From assembly GCA_020636025.1 (NCBI GenBank), contig JACJYQ010000001.1:417163-481162 (forward strand): DNA of 64,000 nt. The letters are read 5' to 3'. Origin of the DNA: Lewinellaceae bacterium. GTDB taxonomy: Bacteria; Bacteroidota; Bacteroidia; Chitinophagales; Saprospiraceae. Shown here in pieces: positions 27,878 to 37,097 of this stretch. Position numbers and translations under genes: made by a program. Positions within the stretch are counted from its first letter, which is position 1. Each line of letters starts with the position of its first letter. Below the pieces are notes generated by a model that ran no database searches, was not told the DNA's origin, and worked only from the letters and a program-made list of their open reading frames with translations.

Positions 27878-28814
27878 ATCCCTGATACCAGCCAATCGGA
27901 TACCTGGCTAAATCTACCTGACTAAATGCTTCCAGATGTTTCCAGGTCCTGCGACGCAGGTATTCCAGACTATTGCCCACCAATATTGGATGCCCTTTCA
28001 ATAAAATATGCTTGTAAAGATTTAAAAACCGGGTGATGTTAACCTTTAGATCTTTATCAGAGTTGAAATCGTGAAAGTCAATTAGTAAACTGCTTACATT
28101 GGCGTGATGGTCCTGACTTTGGGTCAGCCAGACATCTCCAAGCGGGTGCTCCCCATCAAAAAGTCTGCGTATCTGACTCGGAACCTTATTTTGCTCTTGA
28201 TTTCCGGAATCAAAACTTGACCAGGCAGGGATAGCAGCCTCTAAATCTTCAGAACCTCCACCAATATAGATGGCTCGTTTTTTCCATCCCATAGGATTGA
28301 AAGGAAATGTTGGAGCGTCATGTGTATCCGATTCTGTAAAGCGTTTGTTTTGCCAGTTAACCAAGGCCGCCTGTGTTGCCCAGTGCGAAGAATCCCAGAT
28401 CAGGTACTGAAAAGCAGATTCCAACAAAATCGCCTGAATACGAGGCCCGGAAAAAATAAGCAAGGGTTGGCCTGGGGTTAACAGCGTTCCTTCTGGAGTC
28501 ACTTTTACATTGATCCGCAGTCTCAGTCGCTGCAGATAATTCAAAAAACTCTCCTGAAATATAGATCTGCCCCTGGCATCCGTCACCTGACCAAGTCTGA
28601 AAATCACCGACGGGCTAAAACGAAATCGTTTGACATGTTCGGCCAGCAATGCAGCGCCACAGGAAATGGTAAACGGAGTGTCTGATGGTGTATCTACCAT
28701 CCAGCTTACCTGATTGTGGTAGCTGCCGTCGAACCATAATTCCTGAGCCTTAAACAAGGGACTCAAGTCGGAAAGCCAGTCAAAGTTGGATCCTTGCATC
28801 AAAGTAATACTCAT
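27876..28814 (-). CDS. Divergent, C-terminally short nicotinate phosphoribosyltransferase (NAPRTase)-like protein
   Basis: FQESFLNYLQRLRLRINVKVTPEGTLLTPGQPLLIFSGPRIQAILLESAFQYLIWDSSHWATQAA matches the NAPRTase N-domain/barrel-entry pattern (F..FL.YL..f.f...v.a.pEG...f...P.l.v.GP...aqLlEt..L..i.....ATkA). Later blocks are only vestigial (KRAIYIGGGS, LLIDFHDF). At 312 aa it is short for the family (E. coli PncB is about 400 aa). Confidence 0.45.
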   Translation of the reverse strand: MSITLMQGSNFDWLSDLSPLFKAQELWFDGSYHNQVSWMVDTPSDTPFTISCGAALLAEHVKRFRFSPSVIFRLGQVTDARGRSIFQESFLNYLQRLRLRINVKVTPEGTLLTPGQPLLIFSGPRIQAILLESAFQYLIWDSSHWATQAALVNWQNKRFTESDTHDAPTFPFNPMGWKKRAIYIGGGSEDLEAAIPAWSSFDSGNQEQNKVPSQIRRLFDGEHPLGDVWLTQSQDHHANVSSLLIDFHDFNSDKDLKVNITRFLNLYKHILLKGHPILVGNSLEYLRRRTWKHLEAFSQVDLARYPIGWYQG

Positions 28815-29995
28815 TATTTTTTTGCCTCAAAAAAAGCAAAGAGGTTATAACCCACCGACAAATAAAACAGATTTCCTGCCAACATTTTGTTCTGGCCTTT
28901 AAAATTCAACCAGTTATATCCGATTTTTAAACGAATGCCGTGATAGGAACCTTTCGGTACATCCCAATCTTTGTAGTTCTTGCCAAAGAGTTTTGCGTCA
29001 GCTGTCAGGGTTGTATATACGTGCCCTTCAAATAAATTAAAAGCATCGTAGTACGACGGATACTCTTCCCCGGCATCTTCGTCAGGGGTAGGAGGTTTGA
29101 GTGCTGTAATAGCCCCGCCAACCGATGGAAAGATGCGCACTTTGCTGTTGTTTATTATATCATAACCAATATCAAATCCAAAATAAATAAAATTCGTAGG
29201 GTCGTTTTTGGGCCAGATTTCAATGCCATCTGTTACATCTCGAGCCAATCTCGGACCACCAAAAATGCCATCAATATTTATGTTCCAGCGAGCCACCCAG
29301 TAATACACGTCAATTTGTGCAGCATACAATGGGTTAAGGGATCGCTCAAGCTGTCCAGACCAGTTTCCTGATAAAAATTTTGCAGAAATACCAAAGGCTT
29401 TATTGGCAGGTTTGAGCAAGTTTGGCCGCGTGCTACCCAGGAAATAATTGTATCTCGATTGCTGATATTTTTGACTAAAAGTCACTACCCGTTCATCCCA
29501 GTCTTCGTCATTGGTATTTAATCTCAACAGATATTCTAACGCCAGCGTGGTGAATGCTTTTTCTTCTTCACTCAAAAAAGCATGTTGAATACTTTGAAAA
29601 ATCTGAAAGCGCTTTTCATATAGACCTGCATCCACGAGTTCGAACAAACTGTCTTGTTCGGGGGCTATTTTCCAGGCCTCCAGATCTCGTTCGCTCTGTC
29701 CGAAATGACCGGCTTCCGCCAAAAAAGCACCAAAGTTCTCTTGCCAAAAGTAGAGCAGCCAGCGTTCATCCCAGTTCAGACTAATGGTTTGAGGGTCTTC
29801 CAACCGGTTTAAGGAATCAAGCCACAGGCTTACCCCGACCTGATCTTCCAGCATAAATGCTTCTTTTAATTCCAGGCGGGATAATTTAATCTTTTGCGTA
29901 CGGGAAAAAGTACTGGTTGTTTCAGTACTGTCTGTTTGGGCCTGAAGCTGACCCATGACTATCCCGCCTACCAAGAGCAGCATGTATGTTTTCAT
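28814..29995 (-). CDS. Secreted protein, helical N-domain plus beta-rich C-domain (possible outer-membrane protein)
   Basis: Signal peptide MKTYMLLLVGGIVMGQLQAQ. The C-terminal half has an alternating aromatic/polar pattern. Its TAA shares one base with the downstream ATG (TAATG at 28812-28816). Confidence 0.65.
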   Translation of the reverse strand: MKTYMLLLVGGIVMGQLQAQTDSTETTSTFSRTQKIKLSRLELKEAFMLEDQVGVSLWLDSLNRLEDPQTISLNWDERWLLYFWQENFGAFLAEAGHFGQSERDLEAWKIAPEQDSLFELVDAGLYEKRFQIFQSIQHAFLSEEEKAFTTLALEYLLRLNTNDEDWDERVVTFSQKYQQSRYNYFLGSTRPNLLKPANKAFGISAKFLSGNWSGQLERSLNPLYAAQIDVYYWVARWNINIDGIFGGPRLARDVTDGIEIWPKNDPTNFIYFGFDIGYDIINNSKVRIFPSVGGAITALKPPTPDEDAGEEYPSYYDAFNLFEGHVYTTLTADAKLFGKNYKDWDVPKGSYHGIRLKIGYNWLNFKGQNKMLAGNLFYLSVGYNLFAFFEAKK

Positions 29996-30050
29996 AGTTG
30001 TGTTGTTGTTTGATCGGATTAGGGCTTGATTGAAAAACTCTGATATATAT

Positions 30051-32897
30051 CTAGCTGCGTCGCTTTACGATCCAGCTCAATCCCAATCCCAGCATCATAA
30101 GAATCGCGCCCAGCCATACAAAGTTAATCCCTGGAAAAACGATTGCTTCCAACACCACATAATCAGATCGGGAAGCATCCTCTGCCATTTCAAAAGGAAT
30201 TTTGATCGATTCTGAGGGATTCTGGGCCACTGCAATGCTCAAAAGTCCTTTAGCGGGATCAATTTTCTCAAAACGTAAATGCAAGCCTGCCTCCGGAACC
30301 TCTTCCTTTAAACTGAACGGCTGGTTATCCCTGATCAAATACACAGGGCTTGCATTATACATTTTTCCATTGGCAGCCTTGATTTCCAAATTAGCAGCCA
30401 CGGCTATATCACCATCCTGATATTTGTATGATGGATTTGAGATCTCCTTATTAACCCGTATAAATGTAATATGGTTGCCCATGTAGTCAAATTCATCTCC
30501 TTCCTTCAAATCAAAAACCTGGTATTGAAGTGATTCCTCGCGATTGACAATGGCTTCCAAACTGGATTCATTGAGCCTGAATTTTGTTTCCAGTACGCCA
30601 ATATGGTCTGTATTGGTAAAGCCCCCTTTATCCGGTCTGAAAAAGATCATAGGGGTAGCTGAATACACTTTGGATTCTCCTGTTTCAAAAACGGTAAACA
30701 CCAGTCCAAAAGCCTTGTCTCCCGGCTCCGGTTTGTATTTGGGATGATTGGGGCTGAGGGTTACAGAATCCAAAACGACCACATGCTTTTCGGTTCTCAG
30801 AGTATCACCGGGGGCAAGTTTATAGGCTACATAATTCAGACTATCTTCCTGCTGTTTGGCAAACTCCGGATCGAGCTCCGCCTTCGGCAAGGAGGTGATC
30901 ATGGTGAAAACATCGTAATTCCAGTAATGCTTGGTAGATGGGTTGTTGGCCACCACCTTGGTAAACTGGCGATCGTACATCACATTTGGGTAAAGCGTAA
31001 AGGTTTCTCCTGACGGATTGCCACTCTCGTCTTTTCTATTGAAATTGACGCTAAATGTCCTGGTTTGCCTAACCAAGGTATCCGATTTATATGTTGCGTC
31101 AAATCCTTTAATCGGCATTGGCGCATCTTTCAACAGAATTACATTCTTACCCATATCGTCTGCCGTGGCGCCTTCAATCATATCCTGCATGACGAATTTA
31201 TTAGAAGATATCCAGGACTTACCAAGACCCGTACTCAAGATGCCAAGGATCATGATGCCAAATCCCAGATGCGAAAAAGCGGAACCTGCCAGCTTCAAAT
31301 TGCCTTTCGCCATGATGATCAGGTAATCCAGATTCGCAGTAAAAGCGAACATCGCGGAAATCAACAAGGCATACAGTTGCCAGGCATTGATATTGATCCA
31401 CGTGCTGTGATACCAACTCAACAGTAAAGAAAGTATGACTGCAATGCCAATGTGTATCGCAAACTTTCGGGAACGGGCTATCCAGTTTCTTTCACTATAT
31501 CGCATAAACTGAGCGATGGCAGTCAATACTCCGATAAAAACGGCAATCCACAATTGGTAGCGGTTGTGATGTTCAACCGGATCCCGGAGTGCGGCGCCTA
31601 CATAATCGGGATTAAATAGTTTGACAATTTTATTGAACACAGGCAAAGAAGTTGCGCCCGTGATCAGTATTGCGGAGAAAAGCAACACCAGAGAACCAAT
31701 GAACATCCAGAATTCTCTGGAGGAAGCGCTTTCCTCAGCCTTTTGCGCTTTTACCACCTCAGATCCAGATTCAGCGGCTTTTGGCTGTGTCATCACATCC
31801 GGCACATCCTTATACCGCTTTATCCATAACCAGAGTCCCAATACGGCAAATACAGCAAAAAGGAGTATCAACTGATATCCAAGTCCCATTTCCGTAAAAG
31901 AGTGGACTGAAGTGTCACCCAACACCCCACTTCTGGTCAGGTAGGTAGAATATAAAATGAATACAAATGTGAGTATGTAAAAACCATAAGTGCTGCGAAT
32001 AGAATATCCGGTGGAACGTGCCACCAGGTTTGTGTGCATGCCCGCAACCAACGTAAGCCAGGGAACCAATGAAGCATTCTCAACGGGGTCCCAGGCCCAG
32101 TATCCGGCAAAAGACAGTGCCTCATAAGCCCAGGCAGCTCCCATGAGTATACCCGTTCCAAGTATGGCTCCTGAGAAGTATGCCCAGTTTAACGCTGGCT
32201 TCAGCCATTCTTTGTGTTCTCTATACCAAAGACCGGACATGGCATAGGCAAAAGGCATGATGGTAGAGGCAAAACCCAGAAAAAGGGTAGGGGGGTGAAT
32301 GGTCATCCAGTAATTCTGCAAAAGTGGATTGAGTCCGTTCCCTTTAATTTTGGATAAATAATCAGGTTGCTGGAATATAGGCGCAGCCATCGTTTCCCTC
32401 AATAAGTCAAAAGGACTTGCTCCGAGCCGGAAATCACCAAAATAAAGACCCAATAACATGCTGGAAATTAATATTTCCGCCAGCGCGACCATGGTCATTA
32501 CAGGCGCTTCCCATTTGTCCGATTTGAATATTACAAATGCCGACAGTACAATATGCCAGAAACTCCACAGCAAAAAACTACCCTGTTGTTCCTTCCAAAA
32601 TGCTGAGAATACATATTTGCCAGGTAAATCGTCCGAAATATTTGACCAGGCATATTGGTACTCATACATTTTCCCGCTCAGGATGTAAAATAGCATGGCG
32701 ATGATGCCAACAACCGAAATACTGTGTACCAGGAATGACAAGCGACCAAGTTTGATCCAGCCAGGCGCCGAGCTTGTTTCCCGGTTTTGGGCTGCGGAAT
32801 AATAGGAGAAGCAGGCCAGTAAAGCTGCTACGAAGGAAAGAACCACACAAAAATGACCGATCTGGCCGGGAAGTAGGTATTCGCCTATATAGTTCAT
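30051..32897 (-). CDS. CcmF-like cytochrome c heme lyase / cytochrome c assembly protein with long C-terminal extension
   Basis: Multi-TM. Tryptophan-rich heme-handling motif WAYEALSFAGYWAWDPVENASLVPWLTLVAGMHT resembles E. coli CcmF WFWDPVENASFMPWL. ATG 32897 (MNYIGEYLLPGQIG..) is preferred over the tracked ATG 32960. Confidence 0.8.
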   Translation of the reverse strand: MNYIGEYLLPGQIGHFCVVLSFVAALLACFSYYSAAQNRETSSAPGWIKLGRLSFLVHSISVVGIIAMLFYILSGKMYEYQYAWSNISDDLPGKYVFSAFWKEQQGSFLLWSFWHIVLSAFVIFKSDKWEAPVMTMVALAEILISSMLLGLYFGDFRLGASPFDLLRETMAAPIFQQPDYLSKIKGNGLNPLLQNYWMTIHPPTLFLGFASTIMPFAYAMSGLWYREHKEWLKPALNWAYFSGAILGTGILMGAAWAYEALSFAGYWAWDPVENASLVPWLTLVAGMHTNLVARSTGYSIRSTYGFYILTFVFILYSTYLTRSGVLGDTSVHSFTEMGLGYQLILLFAVFAVLGLWLWIKRYKDVPDVMTQPKAAESGSEVVKAQKAEESASSREFWMFIGSLVLLFSAILITGATSLPVFNKIVKLFNPDYVGAALRDPVEHHNRYQLWIAVFIGVLTAIAQFMRYSERNWIARSRKFAIHIGIAVILSLLLSWYHSTWININAWQLYALLISAMFAFTANLDYLIIMAKGNLKLAGSAFSHLGFGIMILGILSTGLGKSWISSNKFVMQDMIEGATADDMGKNVILLKDAPMPIKGFDATYKSDTLVRQTRTFSVNFNRKDESGNPSGETFTLYPNVMYDRQFTKVVANNPSTKHYWNYDVFTMITSLPKAELDPEFAKQQEDSLNYVAYKLAPGDTLRTEKHVVVLDSVTLSPNHPKYKPEPGDKAFGLVFTVFETGESKVYSATPMIFFRPDKGGFTNTDHIGVLETKFRLNESSLEAIVNREESLQYQVFDLKEGDEFDYMGNHITFIRVNKEISNPSYKYQDGDIAVAANLEIKAANGKMYNASPVYLIRDNQPFSLKEEVPEAGLHLRFEKIDPAKGLLSIAVAQNPSESIKIPFEMAEDASRSDYVVLEAIVFPGINFVWLGAILMMLGLGLSWIVKRRS

Positions 32898-33098
32898 GCG
32901 CACATTTGATTGAGGCGCAAAATTGCAAAAAAAGAGGCTCATTAAGGTTAGAATCCCCATTAATTACATTCCTGCCGGAAAAGAAATGGCATAATTGTGA
33001 TGAACCAGGCTGTCAATATTTTGAAACAGCTTTTTCAAGGCGAATTCGTGCCTTTTTGTTTGTCTTTGCCACTACATTCGCGCAATCATACCTTTCAA

Positions 33099-34076
33099 AT
33101 GAAGAACAAGCATCTCGTTTTACTTTTTGTACTCACGCTGGTTATTGGCCTATTCTCTCGGTTTAGTCCCTGGTTTAAGAGCAAAATATTCCAGGTGGCG
33201 CTCATTCAGATCGACTCTGCACGGATTAATCAGGTTTCTATCACGATTCCAGGTACTACAGATCTTTTGTTGGAAAAGAGCGATGCCGGTTGGATTGCCA
33301 TGCAAGATGAGTTTGCCGTAAAAACAGCTGACTCTCTGATCGCACCCATTTTAAGAATCTTGCAACAAATAGAGTCAATCAGGATCATTGAAACTCAGTT
33401 TCCCGATTCACTTAACTTAGGTTCCAATGAGGACATTCATTTGACGGTTTTTTTGCAAAACGGCAAGCAGGAAAGTTTTCGGGTTGGCAAGGAAGTGATG
33501 GAAAATAATGAACCTGCCACATACATTGAACTGGACAAACAGGCGGGCATTTACCTCGTAAAAGGCCATCTTCGCCAAGTATTCAACCGCAAACGCAATG
33601 ATTTTAGAAGCAGAGGCGTGTTTAATATCGACCTGAAAGATCTGAATTCAGTGCAATTGACCATTCCTGAATTGGATACAGTACTCTATCAAAGAATTGA
33701 TTCGCTTTTTTATCCGAATGGTGATGTTTCCGAGACCGGCTTAACTCAAGCCGCATTTCAGCAATGGCTGATAAACTTCACAGAACTGAACAAGCTGGAC
33801 TTTGCCGATCGCTACGCAGGAAGTGATTTGCCAGATAATTTGGCCGGGTCCATCTCTTTTGAAACCGATGAAGATATAAATCCGGCAACAATAGACTTTT
33901 ACAGGTCAATGGATAGTAACGACAAAATGATGCTTAATCGAGTTGAAACACCTGTATATCTTATCCAATCGAGTCAAAACGTATTCAACTTCTTCAAGCT
34001 GACAGATACGTTGCTATTTAAAAGAATTTTTGCCGGACCTCATAAATTTGACAATGAGACTATTGAATCCGACTAA
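33099..34076 (+). CDS. Membrane-anchored protein, possibly DUF4340-like
   Basis: ATG 33099 gives MKNKHLVLLFVLTLVIGLF anchor. The repeated pattern '..V..I.I......L.L.K.D..W...' resembles DUF4340 proteins. Weak recognition. Confidence 0.5.
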   Translation: MKNKHLVLLFVLTLVIGLFSRFSPWFKSKIFQVALIQIDSARINQVSITIPGTTDLLLEKSDAGWIAMQDEFAVKTADSLIAPILRILQQIESIRIIETQFPDSLNLGSNEDIHLTVFLQNGKQESFRVGKEVMENNEPATYIELDKQAGIYLVKGHLRQVFNRKRNDFRSRGVFNIDLKDLNSVQLTIPELDTVLYQRIDSLFYPNGDVSETGLTQAAFQQWLINFTELNKLDFADRYAGSDLPDNLAGSISFETDEDINPATIDFYRSMDSNDKMMLNRVETPVYLIQSSQNVFNFFKLTDTLLFKRIFAGPHKFDNETIESD

Positions 34077-35457
34077 TTTTCTCCTGAATGGCAGGGTTTT
34101 TACTAATTTCATAGGCTTGTTTCCAGGAATCCTTAGCCTTGGCTTTGTCATTTTTCCCCATTTGAGCATCACCAAGCAATTCCAGTATTTCTGCTTTCAA
34201 CAATGGATTGTTTCCGGTCATGAGTAATGCCTGGTTCAGGTTGCTGATGGCCTTATCGTAATGCCTTAGTGCTACAGAAGCGATGGCAAATTGCAAATAA
34301 GCTTTTGGCTGATTGGGAAAATAATCCAGCGATTGGTCTGCCAGTTTCTCTGCTTCAGCATATTGCTTCTGGTCAATGAGTATAGACAGGCTGTTGTCCC
34401 AAACTGAGAAGACGCCTGGATTTAATTCAATGCACTTTTTATATCTCGATAGCGCTTCTGCACTCTGATTATCCAGGTACAGCATGTCCCCGGCAACACT
34501 CCAGGCCTTTGCTTCATCAGGATGAGTAGTTGTCAAAATTTCACCCAGCGCCAACAGGTTCTTGTTTGTTTCAGGGTCCTTGTTTCCTTCCATTTTACCC
34601 AAAAAGGGCACCAGTTCTTTCACCTTAGCATCTATGGAAACCCCTGGATCGGAGAACAAAGGCCTGATGGAAGCCAGATACTGGGCATCCGTTCCACCTT
34701 GTGTCGAAGCGAGTGAAATTTTGGCCATGGGATCATCCGGGAATCGCCTTGCAATGTCCTCCCAGGTTTTTTGCGCGTTTTTTGAGTCACCGATTCGCTC
34801 GTAAAAGTCGGCCAGTTTATATCTGTACTTGACACGTTCAGGGTAAGCATCCGCCAGTTTTTCATATTCTTCAGCGGCCTTTTTATTATTCCCTAAACCT
34901 ACATAAATCAAGTGTTTTTTATCTGTGTTTGCCTCGGTTATACCGGTAAGCTTTTCCAGTTTGTCCAGAACCTTTATGGCTTTTTTAGGCTCTTCATTCA
35001 GCACGTAGAAATAAGCCAGCTTTTCGTAGAATTCATGTGTGTTCGGAAATCTTTCAACCAGGGTTTCATAACTACCCATGGCGTCTTTGTTTCTGCCTGC
35101 CTTTTCAAATAAATCTGCCTGGTACAATAAATACCATTGGTTTTGCGGGTCTTTGGCAATGGCTTTGGAAATGGCATCCGAGGCGTTTACCATATCATTC
35201 AGGGCTGCATAAGTACGCGCCAGGCCGTACCAGGCAGCATCTGCGTCCTCATTCTCAAACAGGAATGTTTTATAAGCTTCTTTGGCTTTCTCCCAATGGC
35301 CCAGCAATCTTTCTTTCTCGGCATTCAGGAAGGCGCTTTGGCGTTTTACCTCAGACTCAGGCACGGTGGTTTTGACACCTCCGATGGTATTTTGTGCCTG
35401 TAATCCAATAGAAAGGCAAAGCAATAAGGGGAGTATGTTTTTGTGAACAGCAATCAT
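34060..35457 (-). CDS. Secreted TPR-repeat protein
   Basis: Signal peptide ...CLSIGLQAQ and many 34-aa TPR-like repeats (W..LA..Y...........A...P.N). Confidence 0.75.
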   Translation of the reverse strand: MIAVHKNILPLLLCLSIGLQAQNTIGGVKTTVPESEVKRQSAFLNAEKERLLGHWEKAKEAYKTFLFENEDADAAWYGLARTYAALNDMVNASDAISKAIAKDPQNQWYLLYQADLFEKAGRNKDAMGSYETLVERFPNTHEFYEKLAYFYVLNEEPKKAIKVLDKLEKLTGITEANTDKKHLIYVGLGNNKKAAEEYEKLADAYPERVKYRYKLADFYERIGDSKNAQKTWEDIARRFPDDPMAKISLASTQGGTDAQYLASIRPLFSDPGVSIDAKVKELVPFLGKMEGNKDPETNKNLLALGEILTTTHPDEAKAWSVAGDMLYLDNQSAEALSRYKKCIELNPGVFSVWDNSLSILIDQKQYAEAEKLADQSLDYFPNQPKAYLQFAIASVALRHYDKAISNLNQALLMTGNNPLLKAEILELLGDAQMGKNDKAKAKDSWKQAYEISKNPAIQEKISRIQ

Positions 35458-35505
35458 AGTTGTCAGGCTTAATTTTGGCGGCTTTTCTGGTTTGATTCAA
35501 ACAGC

Positions 35506-36513
35506 TCAACGCTTGGAAAAGTTCGAGTAATCACCGAGGTCGAGTTCATACTTGGTGCCTGTATAGATACTGGAGTTGCCTACCATGGAAGCATCAAGAA
35601 CGGCGTTTGAGATATGGGAGTTATTCTGAATAATGGTATTGGAAATAACGGAACTGTCGACTTTGGAATTGCTGCCAACACTTACAAATGGACCAATGAC
35701 TGAATTATTGAGATCAGCGTTTTCTCCAATATAGCAAGGTGGAATCAATACGCAATTTTCCAAACGTGCTGATTTGGCAACGAGTCCATTCTCCTGATTA
35801 AAGGAGAGCATTCGGGCATTTGAGTGCAAAATATTCTCTTTGTTTCCACAATCCAGCCACTCATCTACGGATGCCGTTTTAAACTTCAAACCGTTGTTTT
35901 TCAACATCTCCAGCGCCGTAGTCAGTTGAAATTCATTTTTCTCCAGGATGTTTTTCTCAATAATATGAAGCAAGGCATCCCGAAGTTTTTCTCCTTCCCG
36001 AAAGTAATAAATACCCACGATGGCTTGATCTGAAACGAAGCTTGTCGGTTTTTCCACGAACTCAGCAATGAATTCATTTTCATCTAGCTTCACAACCCCA
36101 AAAGCCGAGGGATCATCCACCTTTTGGGTCCAGATAACGCCATCTTCAGAATCATCGAAACTGAAATCAGCCTTAAACAAAGTGTCGGCAAATGCGATCA
36201 TGCATTTGCCATCTAAGCTGTTTGCAGCACAGGAAATAGCGTGGCCTACGCCCAGCGCGGTTTCTTGTTGGTAAATGCTTCCTTTTGCACCCAGTTTTTC
36301 TGCAATTCTAACCAGCTCTGTTTCAACATCAGTTCCGAAATCGCCAACGATGTAGGCGATTTCTTCAATCTTGCCCTGATAAGAATTTGCCAGGTCTTCA
36401 ACCAAACGCTGAATGATGGGTTTGCCAGCTACCGGAATCAATGGTTTCGGTACTGTTAAGGTATGCGGCCGAAGACGAGTACCGCGACCGGCCATGGGAA
36501 TAATAATTTTCAT
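35506..36513 (-). CDS. Sugar-phosphate nucleotidyltransferase with C-terminal left-handed beta-helix
   Basis: MKIIIPMAGRGTRLRPHTLTVPKPLIPVAGKPI NTP-transferase signature, plus hexapeptide-like repeats at the C-terminus. Confidence 0.85.
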   Translation of the reverse strand: MKIIIPMAGRGTRLRPHTLTVPKPLIPVAGKPIIQRLVEDLANSYQGKIEEIAYIVGDFGTDVETELVRIAEKLGAKGSIYQQETALGVGHAISCAANSLDGKCMIAFADTLFKADFSFDDSEDGVIWTQKVDDPSAFGVVKLDENEFIAEFVEKPTSFVSDQAIVGIYYFREGEKLRDALLHIIEKNILEKNEFQLTTALEMLKNNGLKFKTASVDEWLDCGNKENILHSNARMLSFNQENGLVAKSARLENCVLIPPCYIGENADLNNSVIGPFVSVGSNSKVDSSVISNTIIQNNSHISNAVLDASMVGNSSIYTGTKYELDLGDYSNFSKR

Positions 36514-36524
36514 ATCGCAAAAAT

Positions 36525-36959
36525 TTAAGTACCGGTACTGCCGAAGCCTCCGGCACCCCTTGAGCTGTCACTCAATTCTTCGACGGGCTGCCATTCTATT
36601 TGTTCAAAGCGAGCAATGACCATTTGAGCAATGCGTTCGCCTGGCTCAATTACCTGTTCCTCATTGGAAAGGTTTACAACGATGCATTTTATCTCCCCGC
36701 GATAGTCACTATCGATGGTTCCCGGTGTATTTACCAGACTCAAACCGCGTTTGATGGCAAGGCCACTTCTCGGTCTGACCTGGGCTTCATATCCATCTGG
36801 CAATTCTATGTACAAACCAGTAGGAATTAGTTGTCGTTCCAACGGTTTTAAAGTGATTGATGCTTCAATATTTGCCCTTAAGTCCATGCCAGCGCTACCG
36901 GTAGTTTCATACTTTGGCAAGGCATGTGATGACTGATTTTTGATCTTTACTTTCAACAT
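36525..36959 (-). CDS. dut: dUTP diphosphatase
   Basis: [24 protein letters not shown] and C-terminal [10 protein letters not shown] motifs. Confidence 0.95.
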   Translation of the reverse strand: MLKVKIKNQSSHALPKYETTGSAGMDLRANIEASITLKPLERQLIPTGLYIELPDGYEAQVRPRSGLAIKRGLSLVNTPGTIDSDYRGEIKCIVVNLSNEEQVIEPGERIAQMVIARFEQIEWQPVEELSDSSRGAGGFGSTGT

Positions 36960-37065
36960 TTTCTATTTTGGGTAAAATTAGAACAAGCTTTTGGAACTTG
37001 GCTATTCAATTCGACTGAAGCAGGACAATTAGCCAATGTTACCCTAATAAATCCGGAAAGGCTGG

Positions 37066-37073
37066 TAATTTTG
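37066..37073 (+). promoter_or_regulatory. Candidate -7 box TAATTTTG
   Basis: TAnnTTTG match 25 nt upstream of ATG 37098. Confidence 0.3.
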
Positions 37074-37097
37074 TCGGAATTAATCATTCGTAAAAGC

